Of a stretch of 64,000 bases of DNA, positions 44,078-52,897 are shown in pieces. The notes under the pieces were generated by a model, which worked only from the letters and a program-made list of their open reading frames with translations, had not been told where the DNA came from and did not search any database. The stretch covers positions 255,824 to 319,823 of the forward strand of contig CBDCTY010000002.1 of NCBI GenBank assembly GCA_965222445.1. Direction: 5' to 3'. How positions within the stretch are numbered: the stretch's first letter is position 1; each line of letters opens with the position of its first letter. A program made the translations under genes and the position numbers. Source of the stretch: Dehalococcoidia bacterium (lineage in GTDB: Bacteria; Chloroflexota; Dehalococcoidia; Lucifugimonadales; CAJWER01).

Positions 44078-45114
44078 GCCCCGGCTGCATCCTGCTCCCA
44101 CACGATAATCGGCTTGCCCGTAGCACCGGTGTCGAACAGGGTGTAGGCTTCCGGAGTCTGGTCGAGGGAGTACCTGTGCGTTATCAGGCGGTCCAGCGGG
44201 ACGGCCCTGTCCACCACGAAGTTGGCGGCCTCGGCCAGTCCGGACAGGCTGAACGTCCACGACCCGTAGATGGTGAGCTGCCTGTGGATGATCTGGTCGC
44301 TGACGTCGAACGACGTGGGGTTGCCCTCGCCCACGAAGCACACGCGCCCCCAGTACCGGACGGAATCGAGCGCATTCCGCCTCACTTCCGGGATACCGGT
44401 CGCGTCCAGCGTGGCGTCGGCTCCCTCGCCGCCGGTGAGATCCCGTATCGCGGCCTCGGCGTCGGTCCCGGATGCGTCGATCACCACGTCGGCCCCGAGC
44501 TCGCCCGCCAGCGCCAGCCGCTCGGCTATCACGTCGACGGCGATCACCCTGGCGCCCATCGCCTTGGCGAACATCGCGGCGCTTGCGCCGACCGGCCCTT
44601 GTCCGAATACGGCGACCGTGTCGACGCCCGAGACCCCCAGCCGCTTCACAGCGTGGAACGCCGTGCCCGTGCCGCACGCGACCGCCGCGCCCTGGTCGAA
44701 CGGCAGCGAGTCCGGCATCTTCACGCACGTCGACGCCGGGCACAGCAGGTAGTCCTGGTGGCCTCCGTCCTTGGTGGCGCCGTAGATCTCGTGGTGGACC
44801 AGGCACATCTGCGTGTAGCCGATCCGGCACATCGAGCAGGCGTTGCAGCCGGTGTAGTGGTGCATCATCACGCGGTCGCCGACACGGACCGACGTGACCC
44901 CCGGCCCGACCTCCGCGACCACCCCGCAGGGCTCGTGCCCGGCGACGCGGAGCGGCTCGGTTAGCTCCGAGGCAGGCAGCCTGTAGCGCATCAGGTCGCT
45001 ACCGCACAGCCCCGACGCCATCATCTTCAGCACAACTTCCCCGGGGCCTGGCTCCGGCTTGGGGAAGTCCCTAACCTCCATCCGCCTGTCCCCAACGAAG
45101 ACCGCACCTTTCAC
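44074..45114 (-). CDS. Zinc-dependent medium-chain alcohol/polyol dehydrogenase
   Basis: GLCGSDL..., GHEPCGVV, GQGPVG nucleotide-binding motif. 346 aa. Confidence 0.85.
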   Translation of the reverse strand: MKGAVFVGDRRMEVRDFPKPEPGPGEVVLKMMASGLCGSDLMRYRLPASELTEPLRVAGHEPCGVVAEVGPGVTSVRVGDRVMMHHYTGCNACSMCRIGYTQMCLVHHEIYGATKDGGHQDYLLCPASTCVKMPDSLPFDQGAAVACGTGTAFHAVKRLGVSGVDTVAVFGQGPVGASAAMFAKAMGARVIAVDVIAERLALAGELGADVVIDASGTDAEAAIRDLTGGEGADATLDATGIPEVRRNALDSVRYWGRVCFVGEGNPTSFDVSDQIIHRQLTIYGSWTFSLSGLAEAANFVVDRAVPLDRLITHRYSLDQTPEAYTLFDTGATGKPIIVWEQDAAGA

Positions 45115-45188
45115 CCTTCAGCCCTCCTACACGTACCGTCAGCCACCTCGAACCCTCCGTTCTCGAGTCGCCTCATCCTACCCACCGA

Positions 45189-45389
45189 CTACGAGGAGCG
45201 ATCCGCAAGCAGCGCTCGCACCGTAGGCACCAATTCGCTGGGGAGGTCCATTACCATCTGCGTGACGTCCTCAATAGCGGCCTCATCTTCGGCAACCGCT
45301 TCGTCCTCGGTTAGCGAATCATAGTGGTGAAGGATGCGCTGGACGCGCCCTTCGTCCCATCTTGGCGGGATGTTTGCCGTGTCGTTCAT
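45189..45389 (-). CDS. Small acidic hypothetical protein (66 aa)
   Basis: MNDTANIPPRWDEGRVQRILHHYDSLTEDEAVAEDEAAIED.... Start chosen downstream of the hisIE stop. Confidence 0.4.
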   Translation of the reverse strand: MNDTANIPPRWDEGRVQRILHHYDSLTEDEAVAEDEAAIEDVTQMVMDLPSELVPTVRALLADRSS

Positions 45390-45411
45390 CTTCGGATGGG
45401 AGCGGTCAGCT

Positions 45412-46035
45412 CTACTGCCTGCGGTCGCGGAGGTGGGTGTAGATGTCCTCCGGCTTGGCGCCGTTGGCCGACAGCAGGACCAGCAGGTGGTACAGCAGGT
45501 CGGCCGCCTCGCGGGCCAGGGCATCTTTATCGAGCTTCACGCCCGCGATCACTGTTTCGCCCGCCTCCTCGATGACCTTCTGGCCTATCCGGTCCACTCC
45601 GCCCCTGAACAGCTCCGTCGTGTAGCTGCCCTCGGGCAGGCTCCTCTTGCGGTCCTGGATCACCGAGAAGAGCTCGTCGAGAATCCCCGGCCCGCCCTCG
45701 GACCTCTCGAAGTCGGGCATCTCTTCCAGCGCGGTGAAGAAGCAGACGCGCTCACCCGTGTGGCATATCGGGCCGTCCGGGTCCACCTGCAGCAGTATCA
45801 CGTCCGCGTCGCAGTCGATGGCCGCCGACCTGACACGCATGTAGTTGCCGGATACCTCGCCCTTGTGCCACAGGTCGGCCCTGCTGCGGCTGTAGAACCA
45901 GACCTCGCCGCCCTCCAGCGTCCGTTTGAGCGCGCCTGGGCTCATGTAGCCCAGCATGATCACCTCGCCCGTATCCGCATTCTGGGCAATGGCGGGTACT
46001 AGTCCCTTGTCATCGAGCTGGACTGTCACTGTCAA
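45412..46035 (-). CDS. hisI: Bifunctional phosphoribosyl-AMP cyclohydrolase / phosphoribosyl-ATP pyrophosphatase
   Basis: LVPAIAQNADTGEVIMLGYMS...WFYSRSR..LWHKGE.SGN (HisI) followed by a HisE-like C-terminal half (ELF.VI..RK......SYT..L). Confidence 0.85.
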   Translation of the reverse strand: MTVTVQLDDKGLVPAIAQNADTGEVIMLGYMSPGALKRTLEGGEVWFYSRSRADLWHKGEVSGNYMRVRSAAIDCDADVILLQVDPDGPICHTGERVCFFTALEEMPDFERSEGGPGILDELFSVIQDRKRSLPEGSYTTELFRGGVDRIGQKVIEEAGETVIAGVKLDKDALAREAADLLYHLLVLLSANGAKPEDIYTHLRDRRQ

Positions 46036-46074
46036 ACCGCCTCCGTTTTCGCGTCCAGAGACCCTTGCGTAACC

Positions 46075-46365
46075 CAGGGCCTTTCCAAAGTCGTCACAAT
46101 GCCATAAGAGGGGATCTGGGAAATCCCTTCTCCCTCGATGGGAGAAGGTTATACCAAGTCACCGTGACGCCGCCGTATATGTGCGGCCAGGGAGTGGGTT
46201 CCCGCCCCGTATCGAGTACGGGGCAGGCTCTTCGAGGGAATGACGGCTTTACGGCGCGCTCAAAATAAATTGGTATTAGGATGAGGATGACTGGACTTGT
46301 ATCGGTTGACGCCCCCTCACCCCCGTATCGAGTACGGGGCAGGCTTTTCGCCGGAATGACGAGGT
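46075..46365 (+). mobile_element. Family-C element, right end missing or diverged, with MITE-A nested inside
   Basis: Starts CAGGGCCTTTCCAAAGTCGTCACAATGCCATAAGAGG. Colinear with 39652-39810 except for the MITE-A insertion at 46152-46275. The alpha hairpin lies at 46321-46339. Confidence 0.7.
46152..46275 (+). mobile_element. MITE-A, long form (124 bp), alpha hairpin, nested in family-C element
   Basis: Flanked by TTA (46149-46151) and TTA (46276-46278). The homologous uninterrupted site is GAAGGTTAGGATG at 39738-39750. Confidence 0.92.
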
Positions 46366-47207
46366 TGTGCGAGGTCTCCATCCACCGGGCGTATCGGAAG
46401 GCCCCGGCTGCTGAGGTATTCCTTCACTTCGGCCACCCTCAGCTTGCCGAAATGGAAGATGCTGGCGGCCAGCACCGCGTCGGCCTTACCGGTGCTCGCA
46501 GCCTCGTAGAGGTGCTCTGCCTCTCCCGCGCCGCCGCTGGCGATGACCGGCACGTCTACAGCTTCGGATATCTCGCGGAGCAGCTCCAGGTCGTACCCGG
46601 TCTGCTGACCGTCGGTGTCCATACTCGTTACCAGGAGCTCGCCCGCGCCTAGATCGGCTGCGCGTACTGCCCACCGTACAGCGTCCACTCCGGTGGGCCT
46701 CCTTCCGCCGTGGGTGTAGACCTCCCACACGGAGTCCTCGTCCAGGGCAAGGCTGGTGTCGGCGGGCGTCGGCGAAGCCTCGGTGGCATCCTCCAAACCG
46801 GGGGCGACTCGCTTCACGTCCATCGCTACGACGATGCACTGGCATCCGAAGTGGTCCGACGCCTCCGCGATTAGGCTAGGATCCCGGACAGCGGCCGTAT
46901 TTAGAGATACCTTGTCCGCCCCGGCCTCCAGCAGGCCCCTCACGTCCTCGACCGAGCGGACGCCTCCACCCACCGTCAGGGGTATGAATACCCGCTCGGA
47001 GACCTGCTTGAGCACGTCCATCATGATCTCGCGCGAGTCGGAGCTGGCCGTGATGTCCAGGAACACCAGCTCGTCCGCGCCCTCTCGATCATAGAAGGCC
47101 GCAAGCTCGGCCGGGTCGCCTGCGTCCCTGATGTCGACGAAGCTGACGCCCTTGACGACGCGCCCCCGGTCGACATCCAGGCACGGAATGATCCTCTTGG
47201 TCAGCAT
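46317..47207 (-). CDS. hisF: Imidazole glycerol phosphate synthase cyclase subunit, with repeat-derived ~20-aa C-terminal tail
   Basis: [20 protein letters not shown]...RDAGDP...A..Y...[13 protein letters not shown]. The last residues, ...[15 protein letters not shown], are encoded by the family-C/core repeat. Confidence 0.85.
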   Translation of the reverse strand: MLTKRIIPCLDVDRGRVVKGVSFVDIRDAGDPAELAAFYDREGADELVFLDITASSDSREIMMDVLKQVSERVFIPLTVGGGVRSVEDVRGLLEAGADKVSLNTAAVRDPSLIAEASDHFGCQCIVVAMDVKRVAPGLEDATEASPTPADTSLALDEDSVWEVYTHGGRRPTGVDAVRWAVRAADLGAGELLVTSMDTDGQQTGYDLELLREISEAVDVPVIASGGAGEAEHLYEAASTGKADAVLAASIFHFGKLRVAEVKEYLSSRGLPIRPVDGDLAQPRHSGEKPAPYSIRG

Positions 47208-47932
47208 GACTGCGCCCCTCTTACTGCTGCCATCGCCTCACCCAAGTCGATGGCCCCAGTATAGACCGCCGAGCCCACTATCGCTCCCTCCACAGGGACG
47301 GCCGCGAGCCGGGATACGTGCTCCACCGACGACACGCCGCCGGCAACCAGCACCTTCATTCCCGTCGCCGCCGCCAGCTCCTCGACTCCGGCGAAGTTCG
47401 GCTCCGTGAGGGTGCCGTCCCTGGAGATGTCAGTGTAGACGACGCGCTCCACGCCAGTCGACTCCAGCTTTAGCGCGAAGTCCACGGCATCAACGCCGCT
47501 CTCGCGGGTCCAGCCGCTGAGGGCGACCCTGCCTCCCCGGGCGTCGACGCTGACAACCAGCGCACCCGCGCCGAGCTCTCTCAGCAGGCTCCCCACAAGG
47601 CTGGGGTCCTCCACCGCCGCGGTGCCGACCACCACCCGGTCCACTCCCATCTCCACGGCCTTCAGCGCCGAATCGACATCGCGGACGCCCCCGCCGTACT
47701 GTACGGGTACGGGCGACGACCCTGCGATCTCGGCTACGATCTCAATGTTGGGCGCCCGTCCCTCCCTGGCCCCGTCCAGGTCGACGACGTGGAGGCGCTC
47801 CGCTCCCCGCTCGACCCAGTGGGCCGCCATGTCGACGGGCGAGTCGGAGAATACCGTCTCCCGGTCGTAGTCGCCCTGGAAGAGGCGGACGCAGCGCCCG
47901 CCCCTGATGTCTATTGCCGGTATGACTTCCAC
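47201..47932 (-). CDS. hisA: 1-(5-phosphoribosyl)-5-[(5-phosphoribosylamino)methylideneamino]imidazole-4-carboxamide isomerase
   Basis: GTG start. [19 protein letters not shown]... and the GG.R..D... pattern. Overlaps the hisF start by 7 nt. Confidence 0.85.
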   Translation of the reverse strand: MEVIPAIDIRGGRCVRLFQGDYDRETVFSDSPVDMAAHWVERGAERLHVVDLDGAREGRAPNIEIVAEIAGSSPVPVQYGGGVRDVDSALKAVEMGVDRVVVGTAAVEDPSLVGSLLRELGAGALVVSVDARGGRVALSGWTRESGVDAVDFALKLESTGVERVVYTDISRDGTLTEPNFAGVEELAAATGMKVLVAGGVSSVEHVSRLAAVPVEGAIVGSAVYTGAIDLGEAMAAVRGAQSC

Positions 47933-48022
47933 CGTCTACCCCATAAGAGTTGGACGAACCCGCCAAGCTTGACAAGTGAGGAGGATATGGTAATCATTGA
48001 CGTGGACTCTCCACAAGTCTAA

Positions 48023-48146
48023 TACCAAGTCACCGTGATGCCGCCGTATATGTGCGGCCAGGGAGTGGGTTCCCGCCCCGTATCGAGTACGGGGCAGGCT
48101 CTTCGCGGGAATGACGGCTTTACGGCGCGCTCAAAATAAATTGGTA
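48023..48146 (+). mobile_element. MITE-A, long form (124 bp), alpha hairpin
   Basis: Flanked by TAA (48020-48022) and TAA (48147-48149). Confidence 0.9.
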
Positions 48147-48266
48147 TAACCCAACGAAGCGTGAGCTTGGCATGGATGGGGGCCTCACGCCCCCCTTGAG
48201 GCTCACGATAGGGTTTCGGCGACTTGTGGAGAGTAGCCAACATCCTCGCCACAAGGGGGCTTTATC

Positions 48267-49547
48267 GTGCTGAAGCCCAAAACTCTCGCAGCGATTGGCA
48301 TAATCATCGCACTGATGGTCGGGGGCGGTGTGGTGATGGGCCAGCAGACTTCGGCCTGCATCACCGGAGGGGCTGTCGCGTCCGGCAACGCCGGTCTCGC
48401 CGCCGACTGCGAGGCCCTGTTGGATTCGAAGGATACCCTTCGAGGCACCGCGGACCTCAACTGGTCGTCCTCTCTCTCCATAAGGCGGTGGGATGGCGTC
48501 CGCCTTGGGGGAACCCCCGAGCGGGTGACCATAATCAGGCTTCAGAAGAAGGGGCTGAGCGGGCAGATACCCGCGGCCCTGGGCAGGCTGGATGCGCTGG
48601 AAGAGCTCTGGCTGTATGACAATGAGCTCACCGACGCCATTCCCCCCGAGATGGGGAACCTGACCAACCTGCGCTGGCTGTTCGTCTCCACCAACAGTCT
48701 GAGCGGGCAGATACCGGAGACGTTGAACAGCCTGACCCTGGACAGGCTATGGCTCCAGCAGAACGACTTCACGGGCTGCGTGCCGTACAACCTCACGCAG
48801 ACAAGAGAGTACAAGGTGGACAGGGGGCTCCCTGCGTGCGCGCTGCTTGGGAACGCCACGCCGACGCCTGCGCCCCCTGGCGCCACGCCAACGCCCGTAC
48901 TGCCGCAGCCGACACCGTCCGGCGACAGGTTGGGAGCAATCGAAGGCAGGCTCAGCGATGTCGAGAGAAGAGTTGCAGCCCTAGAGGCTGATATGGCTCG
49001 ACTTCTGGCTACACCAACTCCAACTTCGACTCCGACACCAGGCCCTTCGCCGACGCCGGAACCTACTCCAACACCTACTCCAACACCTGATCTTGGTACC
49101 CAACAGCTACCCGTACCATTTGGGACTACCTTCACCATCCAGAACTCCACCACCGATCATTGGGAGTTCACGATCCTCAAGACTACCCCAGACGCTACAA
49201 GTGATATCCTCAACCATAGTCGGTACAATGACCCTCCAGCGCCTGGAAATCAGTTCTACATGGTGAGAGTGAGAGCCAAGTACCTGGGCACAGGTTCCGA
49301 AAAGTTCGGATACTACAGCAGGTTGAAGTCTCTGGGCGAAGGCGGCGTAGTCTATTCATGGCTTAGGAACAACTGTGGATCAGTTCCAGATAGACTCCCC
49401 GATCCCGAGCTATTCAAGAACGGACAGATCGAAGGCAATCAGTGTTGGGAGATTGCCTCGTCGGACGCCGATTCCCTGGTTCTAATTGTCGAACCAGACA
49501 GCAGTAGACACAGCCGGCATTGGTTCTCGCTCACACCGTCGCCATAA
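48267..49547 (+). CDS. Secreted leucine-rich-repeat protein with PT linker and C-terminal beta-sandwich-like domain
   Basis: Signal/anchor LAAIGIIIALMVGGGVV. Plant-type LRRs (LSGQIPAALGRLDALEELWLYDNELTDAIPPEMGNLTNLRWLFVSTNSLSGQIP). PT-rich linker. The 3' third has lower GC. Confidence 0.7.
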   Translation: MLKPKTLAAIGIIIALMVGGGVVMGQQTSACITGGAVASGNAGLAADCEALLDSKDTLRGTADLNWSSSLSIRRWDGVRLGGTPERVTIIRLQKKGLSGQIPAALGRLDALEELWLYDNELTDAIPPEMGNLTNLRWLFVSTNSLSGQIPETLNSLTLDRLWLQQNDFTGCVPYNLTQTREYKVDRGLPACALLGNATPTPAPPGATPTPVLPQPTPSGDRLGAIEGRLSDVERRVAALEADMARLLATPTPTSTPTPGPSPTPEPTPTPTPTPDLGTQQLPVPFGTTFTIQNSTTDHWEFTILKTTPDATSDILNHSRYNDPPAPGNQFYMVRVRAKYLGTGSEKFGYYSRLKSLGEGGVVYSWLRNNCGSVPDRLPDPELFKNGQIEGNQCWEIASSDADSLVLIVEPDSSRHSRHWFSLTPSP

Positions 49548-49682
49548 CAAGCTGGGGAAAGGGGCAGGGCGTACTGTAGTAGTTGGGCAAGGGAGAGTCC
49601 TCCGACGGCGGCGATGCCCCGGCGGCCTGCCGCCGGCTAGGGGTGGTGTGCTTCACGACAATGCGCCGGCTCCCGACATCAC

Positions 49683-50306
49683 CTACCCCACCAGCCCGAC
49701 GAAATTCCTGTAGATCATCAGCCCCGTGTCGCCGCTCTTCTCGGGGTGGAACTGGACCGCCGCTACGTTGTCCCACGCGACTGCCGAGCAGAACTCGACG
49801 CCGTAGGTCGTCGTTCCGGCAAACAGGCTCCTGTCCTCGGGGTCGGCGTAGTAGCTGTGCACGAAGTAGAAGTACGACCCGTCGGGCACACCCTCGAAGA
49901 CGGCGTGCTTACGGAGCAGGCCGACGCGGTTCCATCCCATGTGCGGCACCTTGTAGCCGGGCGGAAGCCGACGCACCCAGCCCTTCAGCAGGCCAAGGCC
50001 GGGCTCGACGCCCTCGTCGGACCCCTCCAGCAATAGCTGCAGCCCCAGGCAGACGCCCAGGAAGGGCCTGCCGCTGCGGACGAACTCGCGGATAGGCTCG
50101 ACCAGCCCTCGCTCCCTGAGGCGCCTCATCGAAGAGTCGTTCGCGCCCTGGCCGGGGAATACCATCGCGTCCGCGTCGCCGATCACCCCCCGGTCGCTCG
50201 TGATGACGGCGGTCGCGCCGAAGCGTTCGAGCGCCCTCTGGACGCTGCGAAGGTTGCCCGCGTCGTAGTCGACGATGGCTACGTACTTCCCGTTGCCAGC
50301 CATGGG
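49683..50306 (-). CDS. hisH: Imidazole glycerol phosphate synthase glutamine amidotransferase subunit
   Basis: VAIVDYDAGNLRSV..AL...G, PGQGA, LGVCLGLQLL, YFVHSY. Start taken at MAGNGKY. Confidence 0.85.
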   Translation of the reverse strand, partial: PMAGNGKYVAIVDYDAGNLRSVQRALERFGATAVITSDRGVIGDADAMVFPGQGANDSSMRRLRERGLVEPIREFVRSGRPFLGVCLGLQLLLEGSDEGVEPGLGLLKGWVRRLPPGYKVPHMGWNRVGLLRKHAVFEGVPDGSYFYFVHSYYADPEDRSLFAGTTTYGVEFCSAVAWDNVAAVQFHPEKSGDTGLMIYRNFVGLVG

Positions 50307-50392
50307 AAACCATCGTAGCACGGCGGGACTGGCGTTTGACAGGCTTGCGGGGCGTCAATAGAATGCCGGCGAATCCACGCCGGAGCAGCCAG

Positions 50393-51877
50393 ATGTCCCG
50401 ACGGAATCTCGTATTCATCATGAGCGACCAGCAGCGGCGGGACTCGATGGGCTGCTATGGGAGCGAGTGGGCGCAGACCCCGAACCTCGACGCACTGGCG
50501 TCTTCGGGCCACGTATTCGAGAACGCCTACGTCACGCAGGCCGTGTGCACGCCGGCCCGCGCTTCGATCATGACCGGCCTCTACCCCCATACAGCCGGGC
50601 CCATCGTGAACAAGCTGCCGCTTTCTCCCGACGTTCCCGTGCTGTCCGAGATGGTGTCCGATGAGTACGCGTGCGGGTACATGGGCAAGTGGCACCTGGG
50701 CGACGACGTCATCAAGCAGCACGGCTTTGACGTTTGGGTCAGCACCGAGGACTCCCACCGGGAGAGCTACACCCGCCGCGAGCACCGGCGCGTGCTGTCC
50801 GACTACCATCACCACCTCGTCTCCAACGGGTTCGAGCCCGACATCAAGGTCGGCGGCGACATGGTCTTCTCCCCCGACGCCAGGGCGCGCCTGCCGAAAG
50901 AGTTTCAGATGGCGTCCTTCCTGGCCGACCGCGCCGAGCGGTTCATTGCGGAGAACAGCGGCCGGCCCTTCGTGCTGTACGTCAGCACCTTCGAGCCCCA
51001 CTCGCCCTACGACGGGCCGTTCGACTCGCAATACGACCCCGACGTGATACCCACGGGGCCCGCATTCCTGAAGAGGCCCGAGGGCGCCGCCCTCGTCAAC
51101 AAGGTGCGCGCTGACTACTTCATGCAGTACCTACACGGCGGCAGCATCGCCAAAGACGACTACATGTCCAACACGCTGGCGCCCGGCCACGACCTGTCCA
51201 CCGAGGCTGGCTGGCGACGCCTGAGGGCGCAGTACTACGGCACCGTGACACTGGTCGACAGGATGGTGGGGCGGATCGCCGCCGCGCTGGAGCGGGCGGG
51301 CGTCGCCGACGACACGGCGGTCGTCTTCACGACCGAGCACGGGGACATGCTGGGCGACCACGGGATGCTGGAGAAGCGGTCGTTCTACGAGGAGTCGGCG
51401 AGGGTCCCGATGCTCATGCGCGTCCCCTGGCTGTCGTCCGGCCCGAGCAGGGTGAATGGCAGCGTGAGCCAGATCGACCTCGTACCGACGCTCCTCGACG
51501 TACTGGGCGAGCCTATCCCGGCCCACATCGAAGGCAAGAGCCTCGGGCCCGTTCTTGGTGGCGGCGATACCCTGGCCGACAACGACGTCTTCATGGAGTG
51601 GAACGGCATCAGTCCCAACCTGAGCGACAGGTTCCTGGGCAGCGAGGCGATCAACCGAATGCTGGCGCAGCCGTACCGGTCGGTCGTATCCGACAGGTGG
51701 AAGCTGAACCTCTGCGCGGGCGACCAGGGGGAGCTGTTCGACCTCCGCGCCGACCCCTACGAGGAGACCAACCTCTTCGACGATCCCACCTGCCGGGACC
51801 GCGTCCTCGACATGGCTGCTCGCATTCGCATGTGGCAGTACGAGACTGGAGATTCTGCCCCACTCCCTTCCGTGTAA
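50393..51877 (+). CDS. Sulfatase (formylglycine-dependent family)
   Basis: NLVFIMSDQQRRD and the C-x-P-x-R motif (AVCTPARASIMTG). Paralogous to 19891-21321. Confidence 0.85.
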   Translation: MSRRNLVFIMSDQQRRDSMGCYGSEWAQTPNLDALASSGHVFENAYVTQAVCTPARASIMTGLYPHTAGPIVNKLPLSPDVPVLSEMVSDEYACGYMGKWHLGDDVIKQHGFDVWVSTEDSHRESYTRREHRRVLSDYHHHLVSNGFEPDIKVGGDMVFSPDARARLPKEFQMASFLADRAERFIAENSGRPFVLYVSTFEPHSPYDGPFDSQYDPDVIPTGPAFLKRPEGAALVNKVRADYFMQYLHGGSIAKDDYMSNTLAPGHDLSTEAGWRRLRAQYYGTVTLVDRMVGRIAAALERAGVADDTAVVFTTEHGDMLGDHGMLEKRSFYEESARVPMLMRVPWLSSGPSRVNGSVSQIDLVPTLLDVLGEPIPAHIEGKSLGPVLGGGDTLADNDVFMEWNGISPNLSDRFLGSEAINRMLAQPYRSVVSDRWKLNLCAGDQGELFDLRADPYEETNLFDDPTCRDRVLDMAARIRMWQYETGDSAPLPSV

Positions 51878-52084
51878 TCGGGCACCCGGCTACCGCCACA
51901 AGTCGCCGGGCATGATACGTCTCATGAACCCGTCGAACATGGGGACGGTAAATGAAGTATCTCCATGACTTGGGCTCCATATCATGCCCTTCTCGATCAG
52001 TTGGCTGCGAGTGGGAGCCAGAGACGTTACGCGGCGGCCCAGAACACCGGCAATATCGCCCGAGCGATGAGGCCCGGCGCCTAG

Positions 52085-52897
52085 GGCCTGTTCACACTAA
52101 TTAACCAGATCATGTTACAATCCGGGAATGGAAATCACAGAAGCTCAGTACCAACTTATTGCACCGATCCTTCCCGTTCAACGTGGCAACGTCAGCTTGC
52201 CGAACCTGCAAGTTCTCAACGCCATCTTGTATGTCGCCGAGCAGGGCTGCAAGTGGCGGGGGTTGCCGCCTCGATTTGGCAACTGGCACACTGTATACAT
52301 GCGGATGAACCGTTGGTCAAAGAATGGGGTGCTCGACCGGATATTCGAATATCTGCAACGAGAGCAGATAGTGCGCATCAAGCTCGAGGCGGTTTCGATG
52401 GACAGCACCATCGTCAAGGTCCATCCCGATGGTACGGGTGCGTTAAAAAAAACGGACCCCAGGCCATCGGCAAGTCCCGTGGCGGTTGGACCACCAAGAT
52501 TCATATGGTTGCCGCGGATGCTAGAACAGCCGTAACGTTCTCCCTCTCTCCCGGACAGGCCCACGACGCGCCAGAGGGGCGGAAGTTGTTGACACGCCTT
52601 GGCTCACAGGGCCAGAAGCCGTTCCTGATAATGGACCGGGCATACGAGGGGAATGAGACCCGCCAACTGGCGTTGGCGCTGGGGTTCACGCCGGTTGTTC
52701 CGCCCCTGAGCACCCGAGTTGACCCTTGGGAGTACGACCGGGAGATGTACAAGAGGCGGAACGAAATCGAGCGGTTGTTCCGTCGGTTGAAGGGGTTTCG
52801 TCGCATCTTCTCTCGCTTTGAGAAGCTCGACACGCTCTTCCTCGGGTTCATCCTGTTTGCCCTCATCTTCGATGCGCTACGTTAGTGTGAACAGGCC
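52085..52897 (+). mobile_element. IS5-family insertion sequence (813 bp)
   Basis: Perfect 16-bp terminal inverted repeats GGCCTGTTCACACTAA (52085-52100) and TTAGTGTGAACAGGCC (52882-52897). Flanked by CTAG on both sides (52081-52084, 52898-52901). Confidence 0.9.
52128..52885 (+). CDS. IS5-family transposase (DUF4096-type N-terminus + DDE), two frames joined by predicted -1 frameshift
   Basis: orfA reads MEITEAQYQLIAPILP...LNAILYVAEQGCKWRGLP..FGNWHTVY.RMNRW. orfB reads ...GGWTTKIHMVAD...LIMDRAYEGNETR...RNEIERLFRRLKGFRRI. The frames overlap at an A8 run (52445-52452), and orfB is in the -1 frame. Confidence 0.85.

Noticed and set aside
52085-52897. The IS5-family element as the autonomous partner mobilising MITE-A.
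   Set aside because: Its termini (GGCCTGTTCACACTAA) share nothing with the MITE termini (TACCAAGTCACC...). It also duplicates CTAG rather than TNA.
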